This document shows positions 15,589 through 28,400 of a DNA stretch of 64,000 bases, one piece after another (the stretch's first letter is position 1; the number at the start of each line of letters is the position of its first letter). The stretch is from Lobosporangium transversale. Taxonomy: Eukaryota. A program made the position numbers and the translations under genes. The notes below the pieces were generated by a model. That model was not told the DNA's origin. It did no database searches and worked only from the letters and a program-made list of their open reading frames with translations. Location of the stretch: NCBI RefSeq assembly GCF_002105155.1, contig NW_019028994.1, forward strand, positions 124,001-188,000, read 5' to 3'.

Positions 15589-15851
15589 CTCTTGATAGTT
15601 CTTGTCCTATTCTTTTTGCATTCCACTAATAAGCCCTTTTTCTATTTTTCTTCACCTGATAACTATTATTATATAGGGATCTATCCAAGTTTATTTCAGC
15701 AGGTCGCCTCAACTGTGTGATCGACAAGGTGAACGGGATTGTTGAAACGAACAGACCTGATGCGAAGAACGCGCAATATCAACAGGCGATTAAGCAAGGA
15801 GACATTCTTTTGAATCGTGTGCAAAAGTTGAGCCGTGTAATTAATGTGTAG
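14085..15851 (+). CDS. RPN7: 26S proteasome lid subunit Rpn7 (PSMD6)
   Basis: [46 protein letters not shown].. and last exon [34 protein letters not shown]. Confidence 0.96.
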
Positions 15852-16482
15852 AAAATGAAGAGGTTGAAGCTAGAAAGAATATCCTGGATGTGCAACAGTA
15901 TTTCGGAACTGAATAAAAAAAAAAAAAAAAAACTAAACACTACAAAGAAGTGCGTCCCGTGACTATTTTGGACATAATGTATAAATTAACCCACAAAGAT
16001 AGGAAAAAGAATATGCCCGCTTTTATCGCAAGAAAGGTCTCATCTGTCCTTCATTACGTGCTAAAAAGGACGCTCATTTCACTTTGCACTAGACGGGCAA
16101 CTCGTGAGGCTCGTTTACGCTGGAGATATCAACACCAAAGAATCAGTCCCAAATAAAAAACTAAGATCTCTCAAATATCGGTATTGTCCACCTTATCCAC
16201 CTTGTCCACCTTGGTCTCCGCGTCACTGGCACGTGTGTCTGTGTCTGTCTAGTTATCTTCCATGTTTATTCACGTCTTATTTTCGTTTTCTTTAATTTTT
16301 TGTTCCTTCTGTTGTATATTCAACGGTTCGAGTAACTGTCGATACCACTATTGATTGAGGACAGTGTCTTACCTGGAAATTGTCACTGGTCAGGGCAAAC
16401 ATCTGGGGAATTGGACGAGGTACAGATTGCCTGCCTGGAAGCAGTAAAACATGTATTCATGGGATCACTGTGGACTGAGTAG

Positions 16483-16641
16483 CCATGAAGAATGCTAATA
16501 TACTTTTCATACGAACAGGAGTATTTTTTAGGTTTGTTTTTACCTAAGAGAAAAGTAAATATCAGTAAAATATAGACCGATATTTTACTTTGGTAAATTT
16601 ACCTCATGTTCGTTTGAAAAGTATATTGGTATGCTTCACTG
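16483..16641. mobile_element. 159-bp hAT-like MITE with 8-bp TSD CTGAGTAG
   Basis: TIRs tgaagaatgctaatatacttttcatacgaacaggag versus reverse complement tgaagcataccaatatacttttcaaacgaacatgag. The right end reads CAGTG on the minus strand. A perfect direct repeat ctgagtag lies at 16475-16482 and 16642-16649. Confidence 0.82.
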
Positions 16642-17396
16642 CTGAGTAGACATGGCACAGATGAAATCCTTTATAATTATTTTGGGCCTGATTTCAAAAC
16701 AGCCATTGGCGGAGGATACATTCAATCATCACGATTCAACTCAAGGCCTTGCAGGACAAGGCTCCGAATCTGCTGCTTGGGATAGCTTCCATATCGTACA
16801 CTGAGCATTGGTGCTTGGTGGTTTACCAGCATAAATATTCAAGCACAAAAGAGGTGGGTTGGAAAGAACAGCGAAGGCGAAGAGTAAAAGATTCTCAGTG
16901 ATAGCTGAAGGGAAACCAATCAGCTTGGACTTCTTTGTCTTTTATGACTGGAAATGAAGCACGAGTAGAAGGAGGGGCAGGAAGCGAGGAGAGGAGGACC
17001 TTCTCCTTCTGAGTTTGACTTTTTTTTTTTTTTTTTTTTTTTTTTGTCAAGCGGATTTTTGAAGATTGGTCCTCCAAGGCAGACTTGATGACATGACGGT
17101 TTAGGTGAAAGGAAGACAAAGACTTTATTTTATTTGGAACGCACAGCCATTTGCTTTTCAATCCATAATGTCAATTGAAGTCCATTCATAATGGAGGGGT
17201 ATTAAACGCATTAACGAAAAAAAAAAAAAAACCCCCCGCTGCAGAAAATATTTACACGCATTATATATACTACATTCATGGATTATAGCATTGGTTTTTC
17301 ATTATGATAAGTATGATATGTTCAAATACAACGGGAATGAATTGGGAGTTGGTTAAATACTTTTCTTCTTTTTATCATTTTTGGTCAAGTCATCCT

Positions 17397-17759
17397 TCAT
17401 GACGTCTCTTGGTTTTCACGTCCTTGACCCTGTATATCAGTCTCTTCTTTTAGAGTCCTTGAAGATGCCATAAGACTAAACAAGAAAGCAAGGAACCCGC
17501 ATTATGAATGTCAGTAACCTTAATCAAATTAAAGGATACCAAAAGGGGAGGGGGGTTTTTTTTTTTTTTTCGGTCTGTATTACAGTGAAGAGTGGATGGT
17601 CATTAGTCTCTTCATCCATTCTGCTTGCACGACTGTGTCCTCGACAGTGTCCTTCAACACCTCTAGATTCCGCTGTAGTTTCTCCAGTGACTCATTGAGA
17701 ACCGTGTATTGTGTAGCACGTGAGGTTGTCGCTGCTATGGAGGAAATTCCAGAAGACAT
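17397..17759 (-). CDS. HSK3: DASH/Dam1 complex subunit Hsk3-like
   Basis: SRATQYTVLNESLEKLQRNLEVLKDTVEDTVVQAEWMKRLMTIHSSL spliced to LMASSRTL..., matching the Hsk3 pattern (QY..L...L..L..N......T.VQA..M..L...H..LFMA). The start may lie in an upstream exon. Confidence 0.65.
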
Positions 17760-18247
17760 CGTTGTTGATCCCACTGAGAAAGATTAGTTGAAAGAATGCA
17801 AGCCAATGTTCAATTTCACAAAAAAAAAAAAGGCATCCTTAAGGGTGATTGCGATGTCAACTTTAAACACCCTACAACACGTATGAACCAAAACGTAGTT
17901 TGAGGAAACAGCTTAGGTGTCATCATCTTTTTGTTGCCATGTCCATGAAAACTTTTTTTTTTTCGAGTCTTTGTTTATAAAAATAAGAATAAAAACATGT
18001 CCGTGAGAATTTGCAAGAGTGATGTTCAGCAGATTCGTGTTGTGGGTTCGTGCATTCTTTTCTTTCATCAGACTGAAATTGATTTCAAAAGAACTTTTTT
18101 TAATTGCTAAAGTCAAACCTTGATTCATCTTATTCAATATATTGTTTTTTACCTACGACTTCATTTGTTGCTTCATAAAGGATACGGTGGCAGCAATGAA
18201 GTAAAGAATATGCATACTTATTGTCTGAGGATTTCCATGTTTTAACC

Positions 18248-18614
18248 TCAATCCCGGCTCATGGAGCGAGAACGTCCACGACGAGTAGGGCTTTTGCTTC
18301 GGTCGCGTTCAGAGCGTCCACCACGGTCACGACCACGATCTGAGCGGTTTCCACGCTCCTTGCTGCGAGAGCGGCGACGATCACGGCTGCGAGAACGTCT
18401 GCGATCACCGCTGCGGGAATGAGAGCGCTCGCGTTCTCTGCGGTCACGACCTCTGTCTCTATCGCGACGGTTATCAAAGTCACGGTCCCTACGCTCGCGT
18501 CCATCATAACGGTCACGATCACGTCCACCGCCTCCACGACCCATTTCACGAGGGACATTGTCGCGTGTAGGGTCAAACTAGAAATGATATGTAGGAGAAA
18601 AAAAAAAAAGAAAA

Positions 18615-18645
<31 letters not shown>

Positions 18646-18805
18646 CGCATCTTTTTGTCTGTCAAGTTCCTTGAAGGATAGTTCGAATGAGGACTTACCA
18701 AGCGGAGAGAGATGGGTTTGCCTTTCAGATTCTCTCCATCCAACGTTTTGAGGGCATTCTGTACATCTCGCTCGGATGAAAACTCTACAACACTACAAGA
18801 GAACC

Positions 18806-18836
<31 letters not shown>

Positions 18837-20478
18837 ATAAATCAGCAAACACAGCCTGCGTTAAAATGATTACAAACCATTTCTTCCACTAAAAAACTTA
18901 CCCTTCATCATCGCGCCCCTTGCTGAGATCCGCAAAAGTGACTTCGCCTGCTCTGCGCATCAAGTCCTTGATGTCCTGTTATTGGTTCGTGAGGAGAGTT
19001 CCATAAGTCACATAGATGGATGAGAGGGCAAAACGTGTTTAGGGACCAAGTACAAGAACGCGGACTGGACATGAGAGGAAAAATGCGATGCAGGTCATCC
19101 TCAGCCCCTCCTCAGGCTGTTTCAAGGAAGGGAAAGGAAGAGCCAACCCATCCGCTATCATCTTTAAACGAGGACACGGTCATCAATGGCAAGAGAGGAG
19201 CTATATCATCGATCCTTTGGCCAGAGTTTTTGACTGCTAGCTTTTGATGACATGTTCCTTAAGGGCCTGGGTTCTCCTAGAGAGCCAGCTTGTAGCCTCG
19301 GAATATAGTCAAGTGCTGCCATGCGCTGGAGTGTCGAGCCTCTTGGTACAAGTTGATTCGAATTACCAAGGCTAATTGATTGGTCTGTGGCCCTGCACTC
19401 CATTGTCACATTGGTCACAGTTTTGAAGATAGATATCCCTCCATCTTATATGCTTATGTTGTTTCAATCTCCAGCAATCTCAGCAATCTACAGGCATCTG
19501 ATCTATCCCGGACCACTGATGTGTTGCATTGTCGAACACGAACACTTCATTTGTTCTGTGATGCCCCTGGATAACCGAAACACTGCTCTTTTTTTTTTTT
19601 TTTTTTTTTTTTTTCCTCTCTCAAGTATTATCCAAATAACTCTCAGGAGCCAGATAGTCCAAAGATGATAGGGAAGAGGGGGTATGAAAAGGAGAAGGGA
19701 AAAGGGTCGAGCTGGCTCATTTGAGTCCTTCAGTTTTTCGTACCTGCCAACTGACACCATGTGCCAGATTCTCGACAATAAGACGGAACTCGGTTCGCTC
19801 AGGTGGTCCATATCTAATTAATGAGCAGTGCAAAAAATTGGTAAGAGGTGAGTCGAATGCCATTTGCTCATGTTTTTTATGTGTTCATTAATATGTAGGC
19901 GCATCAATTCTGTATTAATTATGTTTAATTTGTATGGTTTGCAGATGGCATGAATTGCGCAATCAAAAACAGAGCATTTTTGCCACGCGGTTTAGCCTTA
20001 AAAAAAATTCATTCAAATAAAGGAAATATCATTGTATAATGAGTACTCTACCTTCGTTCATCACGGTCTTCTCTTCGGCCATCGCGTCTGCGTTCCCCAC
20101 GCGCAAGCTCAACCACGAGTCTAATTTTGACATAAAAAAAAAGTTCAGAAACCAGACGTTTAGTGTTCAGGAAACAGAGAGTTTGTAATGTATTTGTATT
20201 AAAAGTCAGCATGCACAGAGCAAGTATAAATGTATAAATGTAACAAAAAAAAAGAAAAAAGAAAAAACAATGTTCCTGTCTTACCTGTCACCCATGAATT
20301 CCTTGCCATTGAGATCGTACACTGCATCCTCTGCATCTTTTGTCTCTGAAAATTCTACAAAGCCAAAACCATTCTTCAAAGTCACCTCACGGATTCTACC
20401 GTAGCTCTTGAAGAGATTTTCAATGTCTCGGTCCGAAGCATCACGAGAGAGATGACCCAAGTATACACGAGATGTCAT
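18248..20478 (-). CDS. SR splicing factor with two RRMs and an RS domain (SRSF4/5/6 / Srp2-like)
   Basis: RRM1 RVYLGHL..KNGFGFVEF, pseudo-RRM FRLIVENLAHGVSWQ|DIKDLMRRAGEVTFAD, and a C-terminal RS/RD-rich tail; 6 exons. Confidence 0.93.
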
Positions 20479-21028
20479 CCTTGGAAATATGAATTCAGAA
20501 AAAAAAATAAAAATAAAAGAAAGTGGACAATAGATGGAGGGAAGGATAAGGAGAGAGAATGGGTTGGAAAAGGGAAAGCCAAGAAGTTTTTTTTTTTTTT
20601 TTTTTTTTTTTTTTGGCTTGCCATTTTCGGCATCAGGTGACATTTGTGCTAAAACTTCCAATGGAGCACAGCCCAAGAAGATGGCGATCGCCTTTGAACA
20701 CGTTCTAAACTTGACTACTCGACATGTTTGAAGGTTGTGTGTTTCAATGTCACTAATGTAAAATACCCGATTAAATGCTTATGTAACTCTGATATTGCAT
20801 CATGCAGAACTATTTTTTTTAACGTGTCAGTAGTATATTTCTCATCTCTATCCCCCTGTGCATCTATGGCAGTTTCTTCAATTCTTTTTCTTTTTTTTTT
20901 TTTTATTCATTTCCAGTTGTGGTAGAGCCTATGAATGCTATGCAGGAGCCTACTGCTTCTCCATATTTTGCAGCTTCGTTGAAAAGTAACAGCCTCTCGT
21001 TTCATTATCTGCTTTGTTGTTTTCGTGT

Positions 21029-22210
21029 TTAAGCACAACCAGCAGTGCTGCCAGTCATGGCGCCAGCTTGACCACCAGTAGTCATCGCGCCAGACGATTC
21101 AAACTGACCGGGGGTAACACCCATGGGCATCCTGTTACGATGCAATGATGAGGAAGAGAAGGTAGAGCCAAAATTTTGACCAGCAAAAGCACCTCCGCGA
21201 GCATCCTGGGCTCCACTCATAGAAAAAGATCCTTCCGAGGCAGCGGATCCGAAGGGTGGCATAGGAGAGAAGCCTGATTGATCAATGCAGGGAGCCGCAT
21301 GGATGATGAAAGGCAGAGATTCGATCGTGGGCTGGAAGGTCGTCAAAGGTTTAACATGGACGTTGGGTGAGATATGAACCTGTGAGCCCAAGAGGACGCT
21401 CGATTGAGGCAAAGACTGATCCTGTTGAGGAGCTGCATCAATCTGCGTGGTGAGCTGGTTAACCTCGGGCTGATATGATGTCTTGGGCAACACTTGGGTC
21501 GTAGGCTGAATAAAGACATTGGAGCCCAGGTCCACGTTTTGTTGAGGCAGGGAGCTGGATTGAGCAGGAGCAGCAGCAATGTTGGAATCCAGTGACTGGA
21601 CGTGGCTTTGGTATGTGGTCGAAGGGAGGACCTTGTTCGTTGGTTGAATCAACACTTGCGAACCCATGTCGACATTCTGAGCAGGGATGCTGGCCTGGCA
21701 ATCTGCAGGTGCTTGGAACTGCTTAAAGAGCAAGCTGCCAGACGAGGGACAAGTAGCGGCTTCTGATTCAGGAGCAGTTCCAGACTCAGGAACGTTTCCA
21801 GTAGGGGCTCCAGCAGTGGCTCCGATAGTAGTCTGGTTAGGATCCTGGCGTTTTACAAAGCGACGAGCATTCAAGGGATCAAGAGGAGAGTAAGTGCGTC
21901 CATAGTAACCGCGACCACAGTAACCGCGACCATAGCGACTATATGGGTAGTTGTCATAGTCATAGCCACCATATAAGCCTTTGTCATAGTAATCGCATTC
22001 CGAATCAACCAGAGGGGCAAAAGCCTTGACAATAGGCTGGTAGCGGGTGATAGGCGTGACATCTGTGATGGGCTTGATATTGGTGCTAGAGCTGACATCA
22101 ACATTGCCAGAGTCGGCAACTTGGTAGCAGGCATCGCGGATAGGAACGGCCTGGACCGAGGCAGCGGCCAAGACGAGGGCAACAGTGAGCTTGAGAGAGA
22201 TGGAGGCCAT
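21029..22210 (-). CDS. Secreted 46-aa-repeat protein, paralog A (unknown family)
   Basis: Intronless. Signal peptide MASISLKLTVALVLAAASVQA, repeats VDLGSxVxIxPxTxVxPxTxYQP, a Tyr/Gly-rich spacer and a KR site. TATA-like TATAAA at ~22361-22366 (minus strand). Confidence 0.8.
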   Translation of the reverse strand: MASISLKLTVALVLAAASVQAVPIRDACYQVADSGNVDVSSSTNIKPITDVTPITRYQPIVKAFAPLVDSECDYYDKGLYGGYDYDNYPYSRYGRGYCGRGYYGRTYSPLDPLNARRFVKRQDPNQTTIGATAGAPTGNVPESGTAPESEAATCPSSGSLLFKQFQAPADCQASIPAQNVDMGSQVLIQPTNKVLPSTTYQSHVQSLDSNIAAAPAQSSSLPQQNVDLGSNVFIQPTTQVLPKTSYQPEVNQLTTQIDAAPQQDQSLPQSSVLLGSQVHISPNVHVKPLTTFQPTIESLPFIIHAAPCIDQSGFSPMPPFGSAASEGSFSMSGAQDARGGAFAGQNFGSTFSSSSLHRNRMPMGVTPGQFESSGAMTTGGQAGAMTGSTAGCA

Positions 22211-24864
22211 GGTTAATATTCTTTTAAGGAATGAGTCTTTGTTGTTTTTTATTGTGTTTTGGATATTGCTCTGAAGCTGTGAGGCTGTATGGTTCGGAGT
22301 TCTTGAAAGCTGGTAAGGCTGAAGTAGGATTTTGGAAGGTTGGGCAAGATCGGTCGCGCTTTTATACACAAGCAAAGGATGTAAGAAGAAGAGAAGTCTT
22401 TGGAACCCTCTGTAATATCATAGATAATTATCCGAGGTTGGAGCAGATACATATTCCTGATCATGATTAATGTCATTGTCTTTGATGATTCTGCAGCATC
22501 TTTTGCTGTCCAAGGCATAAGAAGGCCAACCAAAAAACTGTTTGATAGTAAGACACACATGGAACAAAAAGTTGATGGTGACTTTTGCTGAATTGTAGTC
22601 GCCGCAAATGTAGATGGTGTCTCGGCGCGTTCGGATGAAGTACTTAGACATTGATCGCAGGCCTTTTGTGTTCTAGAAAATGAATTAGACCGATGGTATG
22701 GAGTGATGGTAGGCAATATTAACTTCCTAACCTGTGAATGCATCGGACAGATCCCCAATGAACGAAATGTTTGCGGATATCCGGTCAATCACGATTACAT
22801 GTAGTTTTCTTCTAAGGACTACAGTTGACCCCAAAATGCTTTCCACTTTGGCATATGAATCAGTAGAGCAAAAGAAGCAAGAAGCGGGAAGGCGTAAAGG
22901 ATAGTCATGTCAATAATACTTTTCAACCATTGCTGTGGTGTGTTTAGGCTGTGTGCCAGAGAGTTCAGATTTTTATTATTGTTTCCCGCGCAATATGGAC
23001 GTTCATTTTATTTTTATTATTTTATTGCATTGCCTGTTTGGACTTTGCCAAATCGACTGGCTTACACAACGATCTTGATAACCTTGTGGTGCTCTGCTGT
23101 CTCTTTGATTTTATTTCGGTTTTGCATTTGCTTGATCTCTCCTGTTGATCGCATGCAAATATAAGGTCATTCATTCTCTCTTCTAGGTGAATTGACTTTT
23201 TTGTAGGTAAAGAATAGCAATGCTCATTGTTGTCGTCTTTATATTTTATTTTTATTTTTATTCATCTTTTTTTTTTTTTTTACTCCAAACTGATCAACCA
23301 AGTAAGAGAAAAAATATTTATTTACAAGAAAAACGTATCTTCCATGACAGTGGGCAATGGAAGGATCAACAATAAAGATCATGTCCTTGAAACGAAAAGG
23401 AGCAATACTAAAAAGTATCTTTCTCTACTCTCCACTCCTTCCTCATCTTTTGCTCACCATATGATCCATATGATCCATATGATCAGAGGCAACCGAACAT
23501 TGTCATCCCCATCAACAACAAGTCCTTTATTCCTCTAGGGTATTTATCTAACATCAGTGTTCCTTCTTTGACCGCATCCTTTTATATATATATATCTATC
23601 CATTGCTTTCTTTGAATGGTCTTCAATGATGGGTCTTTGGCCTATTCAGAAAGAAAAACAAAAAAAAAAAAAAAACGTTGGGGACGATATTGGATTGACG
23701 AGTGCCAGACTCAATACGGGTATGGGTTCGTCATGAAAGGAGCCTGGAAATGACTACAGATGATCAAAAGGATTTGTGTAGCCAAAGTAGAACTGTCTTT
23801 CTTCAACCGATAATAGAAAGTGGGGGAGTGAAGAGTGAGAATGAATGCATGGCGTGAATACGTTGTCGCTGGTGATCGACCAATGATTCCTTTCATCATG
23901 TCCACCCTTATCCCTGACCATCTTTGATGGAAATGCATTAATACATTGATGGCTAGATGAGCTATCTCTGAGGAGTCCCTCTGTATCATCTACGAAGCAA
24001 AGCAGTGTCAAGGATGATGATGATGGTGATGGGTATAGCATCAGCAAAAACGCTCAAGGAACACAGCAACAACATCATAAAGTGTTTTCCTTGTCTTGCT
24101 TCTTTGAAAAGCGACGCAAATTCGCACTGGCTCGTACACACTTTTTCCGAAGAAGGAAGTCAATCAGCTCCACCATCGTCCTTTTCCTTTTTTTTTTTTT
24201 TTTTTTTTTTTTTTCTGTTTTCTAATTCCTATTCTAATTGCCATTGCTCCCTCAATTACTACAGCTCCATCTCCCCTTTTACTTCTTTGGATCTTCCTTT
24301 TAGCGATTGTCTGCCACAACGAACGTGTTATTTTTACTTTATATTTCTGTGTATTCGACTATAAGATCTTTTGCCATAGCCGCGCACATACCCTTTTACA
24401 CCAGCGTATCCGTAGGCCATCTTCCTAAGCGCCCCATCTTTATCTTTTTTATAATATTTATTTCTTTCCTTCTTCTTGTTCAACTTCTTCATTCTCCTCT
24501 ACTCTTCACCGCTAATACAGTGTCTTGTTATTTCTTGTTTGTTGCTCTTTTCACTTTTCGCTGCTCAGTACAAGTGTGCTCTCTCCTTATCATCTCTCGC
24601 AGCATTTCCAGGCTGCAACGCTGAGCCGTACTCCGACAAAGTCCTCTCGCAATACCTGGCAACATCAATACTAATATCGCCGCCAAGGCGATTACTGCAA
24701 ACCCATCCACACCAAAAAAAGGTATCTCTTGTGACAACCAACTACACTTCAACCTGACAGATATTCACGACGAGGCAGCATTGCCTCCACAAGCCCTTCG
24801 GGGAAGCCAACAAGCCATTATCGAGGCCATCAACAACAGACGTCGCGCTGAACGATCTCATGAG

Positions 24865-25441
24865 ATGATTGCGCTTGCTAGAGGGTCACTTGCCACAGGC
24901 AGTGGTAACCATCATAACCCTTCTTCTTCAACTAAGCATTCTTCTGCATGGATGAGTCCATCTCGCCTATCTTCACAGCAAAACAATCGCTCTCTTGGTG
25001 CAGGTAAAAAAAAAAAAAAAAAAAAATATATAGAAAAAGGCTTCAAATTTAGCCAAGCAATATAGCAAAGTGAATCACATCTGCCCCAAGACATCCTAGA
25101 CATCGCTGATCACTTTTTGTCTTCCTGTTATCTGCAATGAATAGTGCGCCAAGATGGTCAGCCTATAGCCATACCGTTAAGCATAGATTCAGTATCATCT
25201 GGTCTCAAGATTCGTATCCCTAGAGATTTGCCTAACTTGCCAGAAGCCTTCCGCAAGAGGGGAGCTGTTCGTTCCCAGTCATCCACAACAGCATCAACAA
25301 GCACCGGATCAGGAACACAACCTGGAATCAAGCGCAGCCATAGTACTATGGTACAAGAAGACCACCCGGAATCTAATGATTACGTTTCCTATGGTAATCC
25401 AAAATTTGACAATGTACATGTAAATAAAACGGCGGATGATG

Positions 25442-25472
<31 letters not shown>

Positions 25473-28400
25473 AATACTCAATAACAATTATCATTATCAT
25501 TATTATTTTTAACTGTCATAATCTTAGCTGTACAAGGTGAAGGTCCCAGGATCAAGATTGTTAGAAGACATCCACCAGCACCAGGATCCATCTATGTGTC
25601 ACCACATCTTGCTGGTGCAAAGAATTTGGCCATCCGCACCGTCCGAAACCCTACTTCAACATCTGCCTCAACCATTAATAATGCCTCCACATCATTGCTA
25701 TCAGCACCTTCATCGGCTTCAGCTCCCATTCTACCTCCTTCAGTTCAAAAGCATCGCAATCACTCTAAATCAAAGTCAAACTCACCGAGCTCCACACCAG
25801 CTCGCATCCCCTCACCGGCTGCTGGCGTTTCAGAGACGACTATTGTATTACCAATATCATCACCTGCGGCTGAATCTTCAAGGAGCGCACAAACAACTGC
25901 TGGCTCACGATCAGTAGATGGGGTTCTGCAAATGGCCACTGCGGGCAGTGGCACACCAAACAATTCGGCATCAGCAGCAGCCAAGGATGAACAGAATTTG
26001 TCCTCATCAATATCCTCAACGATTCTGGACTCTGAATTTGATGCTCTAAAACCTATTGAGCTTGTGCGCGTGGGCATGGCCATCTTGGGCCTGTTGACCA
26101 GCAACACATTCTGTAAGAGCTTTATCAATAAGGTGCCGACCACACTAACTAACTACCATTTGACGATCAAGAAGCCTATGGATTTGACAACAATCGAGCA
26201 CAAGCTGTACAAAACCCTGGCCCTTGCTGGAGCGGAGTCGGGTACATTTTCCAATACGCTAATTAAATCGGCTGAATGGCTTAGCTCGGGGGTCACAGAA
26301 GGATATGCGACCCTACAGGACTTTGAACGCGATCTGAGGAGGATCTCTCAGAATGCCACATATTACAATTCACCAACTCATATCATCTACAAAGATGCAC
26401 AGGAGTTTCAAAACTTATTCACCAACCTATTAACTAGTTATCGTCAAGGGTAAGATCCAATATTTTAGAAACATAAGGTTCTTGTTAAAGTTTATTTGTC
26501 CTTAAGAATGCACTATCGCTATAACTGTAGTTGCTAAAAGCGAGCTTGCTTGATGGGAATAGGAAACTTATTTTGAATATTGCACTACCACAAGAAGCAT
26601 ATAGACCGGAAATTATATCAATATCGGAACCAGGGTTCGTAAAGAGTCGACACTTATGCTGGACGCGATGAGTATAAGACTTGTTTCTTGGGTATCAATG
26701 ACTTATTTTTTTTATTTTTTATTTTTTTACTTTGAATTCAATAGTCCGCTTTATCTCTTCCGAGCTCATACCTTGCGAGAGATGGAGCGTAAAATGACTG
26801 ATATTTCGACCGATCTCTACGCGAGCTTTCATCAGCCTATTTTCGACATTTGTGCAGAGCAAATTGGCCAGCTCTCTCCTGAAAAACCTCGCTTTGTTAG
26901 GATGTACATCAATAAGAATAGGAGTATTTTAGCGAAAAGTCGAGACGAGCGATTTGCCAGGATAGCCATCATCAGTGACCTTCAAGTGGGAAAACCTTAC
27001 ACTGTCTCCAACCCTACACCAGATAGTCCTAGCAACGCCAACTCATCTATTAGCGCCAAACCAGGTACTGGATCAAACGGTGCTGGTAATGCAGGAACGA
27101 GCATGGTGCATATGACGGCCAAAATCCTGATTGGCAAACCAATTGGTGATCGACATGACATGGTCACCGTTGGCGATTTGGACTGTCCTAACGCATGGAT
27201 TACAGTTGCCTGTGTCAGAGCGTTGGAAATCGATATTGAAGTCCCCGCCAAGTTTGACAAAATCCTCGCAAAGATGCGGCATGAGGTTGTTGCGTACTCT
27301 TCGGACGCAAAGATAGGACTAGAACACCAACGGTCTTTTGCTGACGCCTTAGGGTTGCTTTTACCTTCATCTGCTAAAGGTAGTTCGATCGGACAACGGT
27401 CTTCCATTCCTGGCACGAGCCCTGCTCTTAGCAGCACAGCTACTGCACCCCAAACTATACCTCTGCCCTCATCCAATGGACTTGGACTCGGGATTAGTGT
27501 CGCTGCTCCACATCCTACGCCCACACCTGCCCCAACTATAACAACACGCGCCTCGGCATTAGGGGGCACGCTTGCCCAGAAAAACACTGCAAACGATCAA
27601 AAGACCGAGAGATTCGTTAAACACAAGTGGGTGGATCTTCATGACCAGGGACCTGACGGCCAATATCTAGTCAAACTACGGATACCCAGCCTGCAGAAGG
27701 CATCCCATCGTCCAACACCAGTCTCAGCGGTGACCTCTGTCACAGCAGCTCCACCATTGCATCCCATTGCAGACTCGACACCTTCCACGTCGCTCTTGCC
27801 CACCCGCGTCAATGTTCTGTCAAGTCAGGTGCCCGCCACTCCTTTTTCTGGAGCTTCCGAAAGAGAATCCTTATCTGCTCCTGATCGTATTATGCTAAAG
27901 GAGCAGATCACAAAGCGAGGATACAAGATGCTTCAAGACCTGAAGGCTACTGCCAATGAAAAGAATGTTCCTTATGTCCGTTGGAGCGCCATTGAGCCGA
28001 CACTGACCATTGACTCTGCGCATGGACTGTTCAAACGGATCTATCACGTTCGTGGTGAAGAAGGTCTTGTGGTTCAAAATTTTAAAGAGATGGATGCAGA
28101 GTCGTTTGAGCAGAGGGTACGAGAAGTCGCATGTCTGCTCAAGCTACGAGATTTGGAGGGCGTTGGACAAATTCAGTCAATCATTGATGATGAGGATGAT
28201 CGGCTCGTTGGACTTTCAATGACAAAGTATGAGTACACTCTCAAGCAATACGCAACCAATGCACGTCGTCACCCCACCCCATACCAAAAACTGTGTCTTA
28301 TTCAGGAGATGGTCTCAGCCATGTGCGCTATCCATCAGGCTGGTTTAGCGCATCGGGATCTGAGCGAAGTCAATATCATGGTGAATGAAGACCCTAATAA

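Noticed and set aside
17525..17545. GTATCCTTT (U12-type donor-like) on the minus strand in HSK3
   Set aside because: Lies inside an intron that already has frame-consistent GT-AG ends.
19110..19190. TGATGA...CTGA spacing in the SR intron resembling a C/D snoRNA
   Set aside because: No clear terminal stem or recognisable rRNA guide; overlaps the candidate alternative acceptor.
23400..24050. Short minus-strand ORFs with intron-like signals upstream of the kinase
   Set aside because: No consistent spliced frame or recognisable protein; possibly a divergent non-coding transcript.
26997..27587. 196-aa antisense ORF inside the kinase gene
   Set aside because: Antisense shadow of a low-complexity Ser/Pro/Ala linker.
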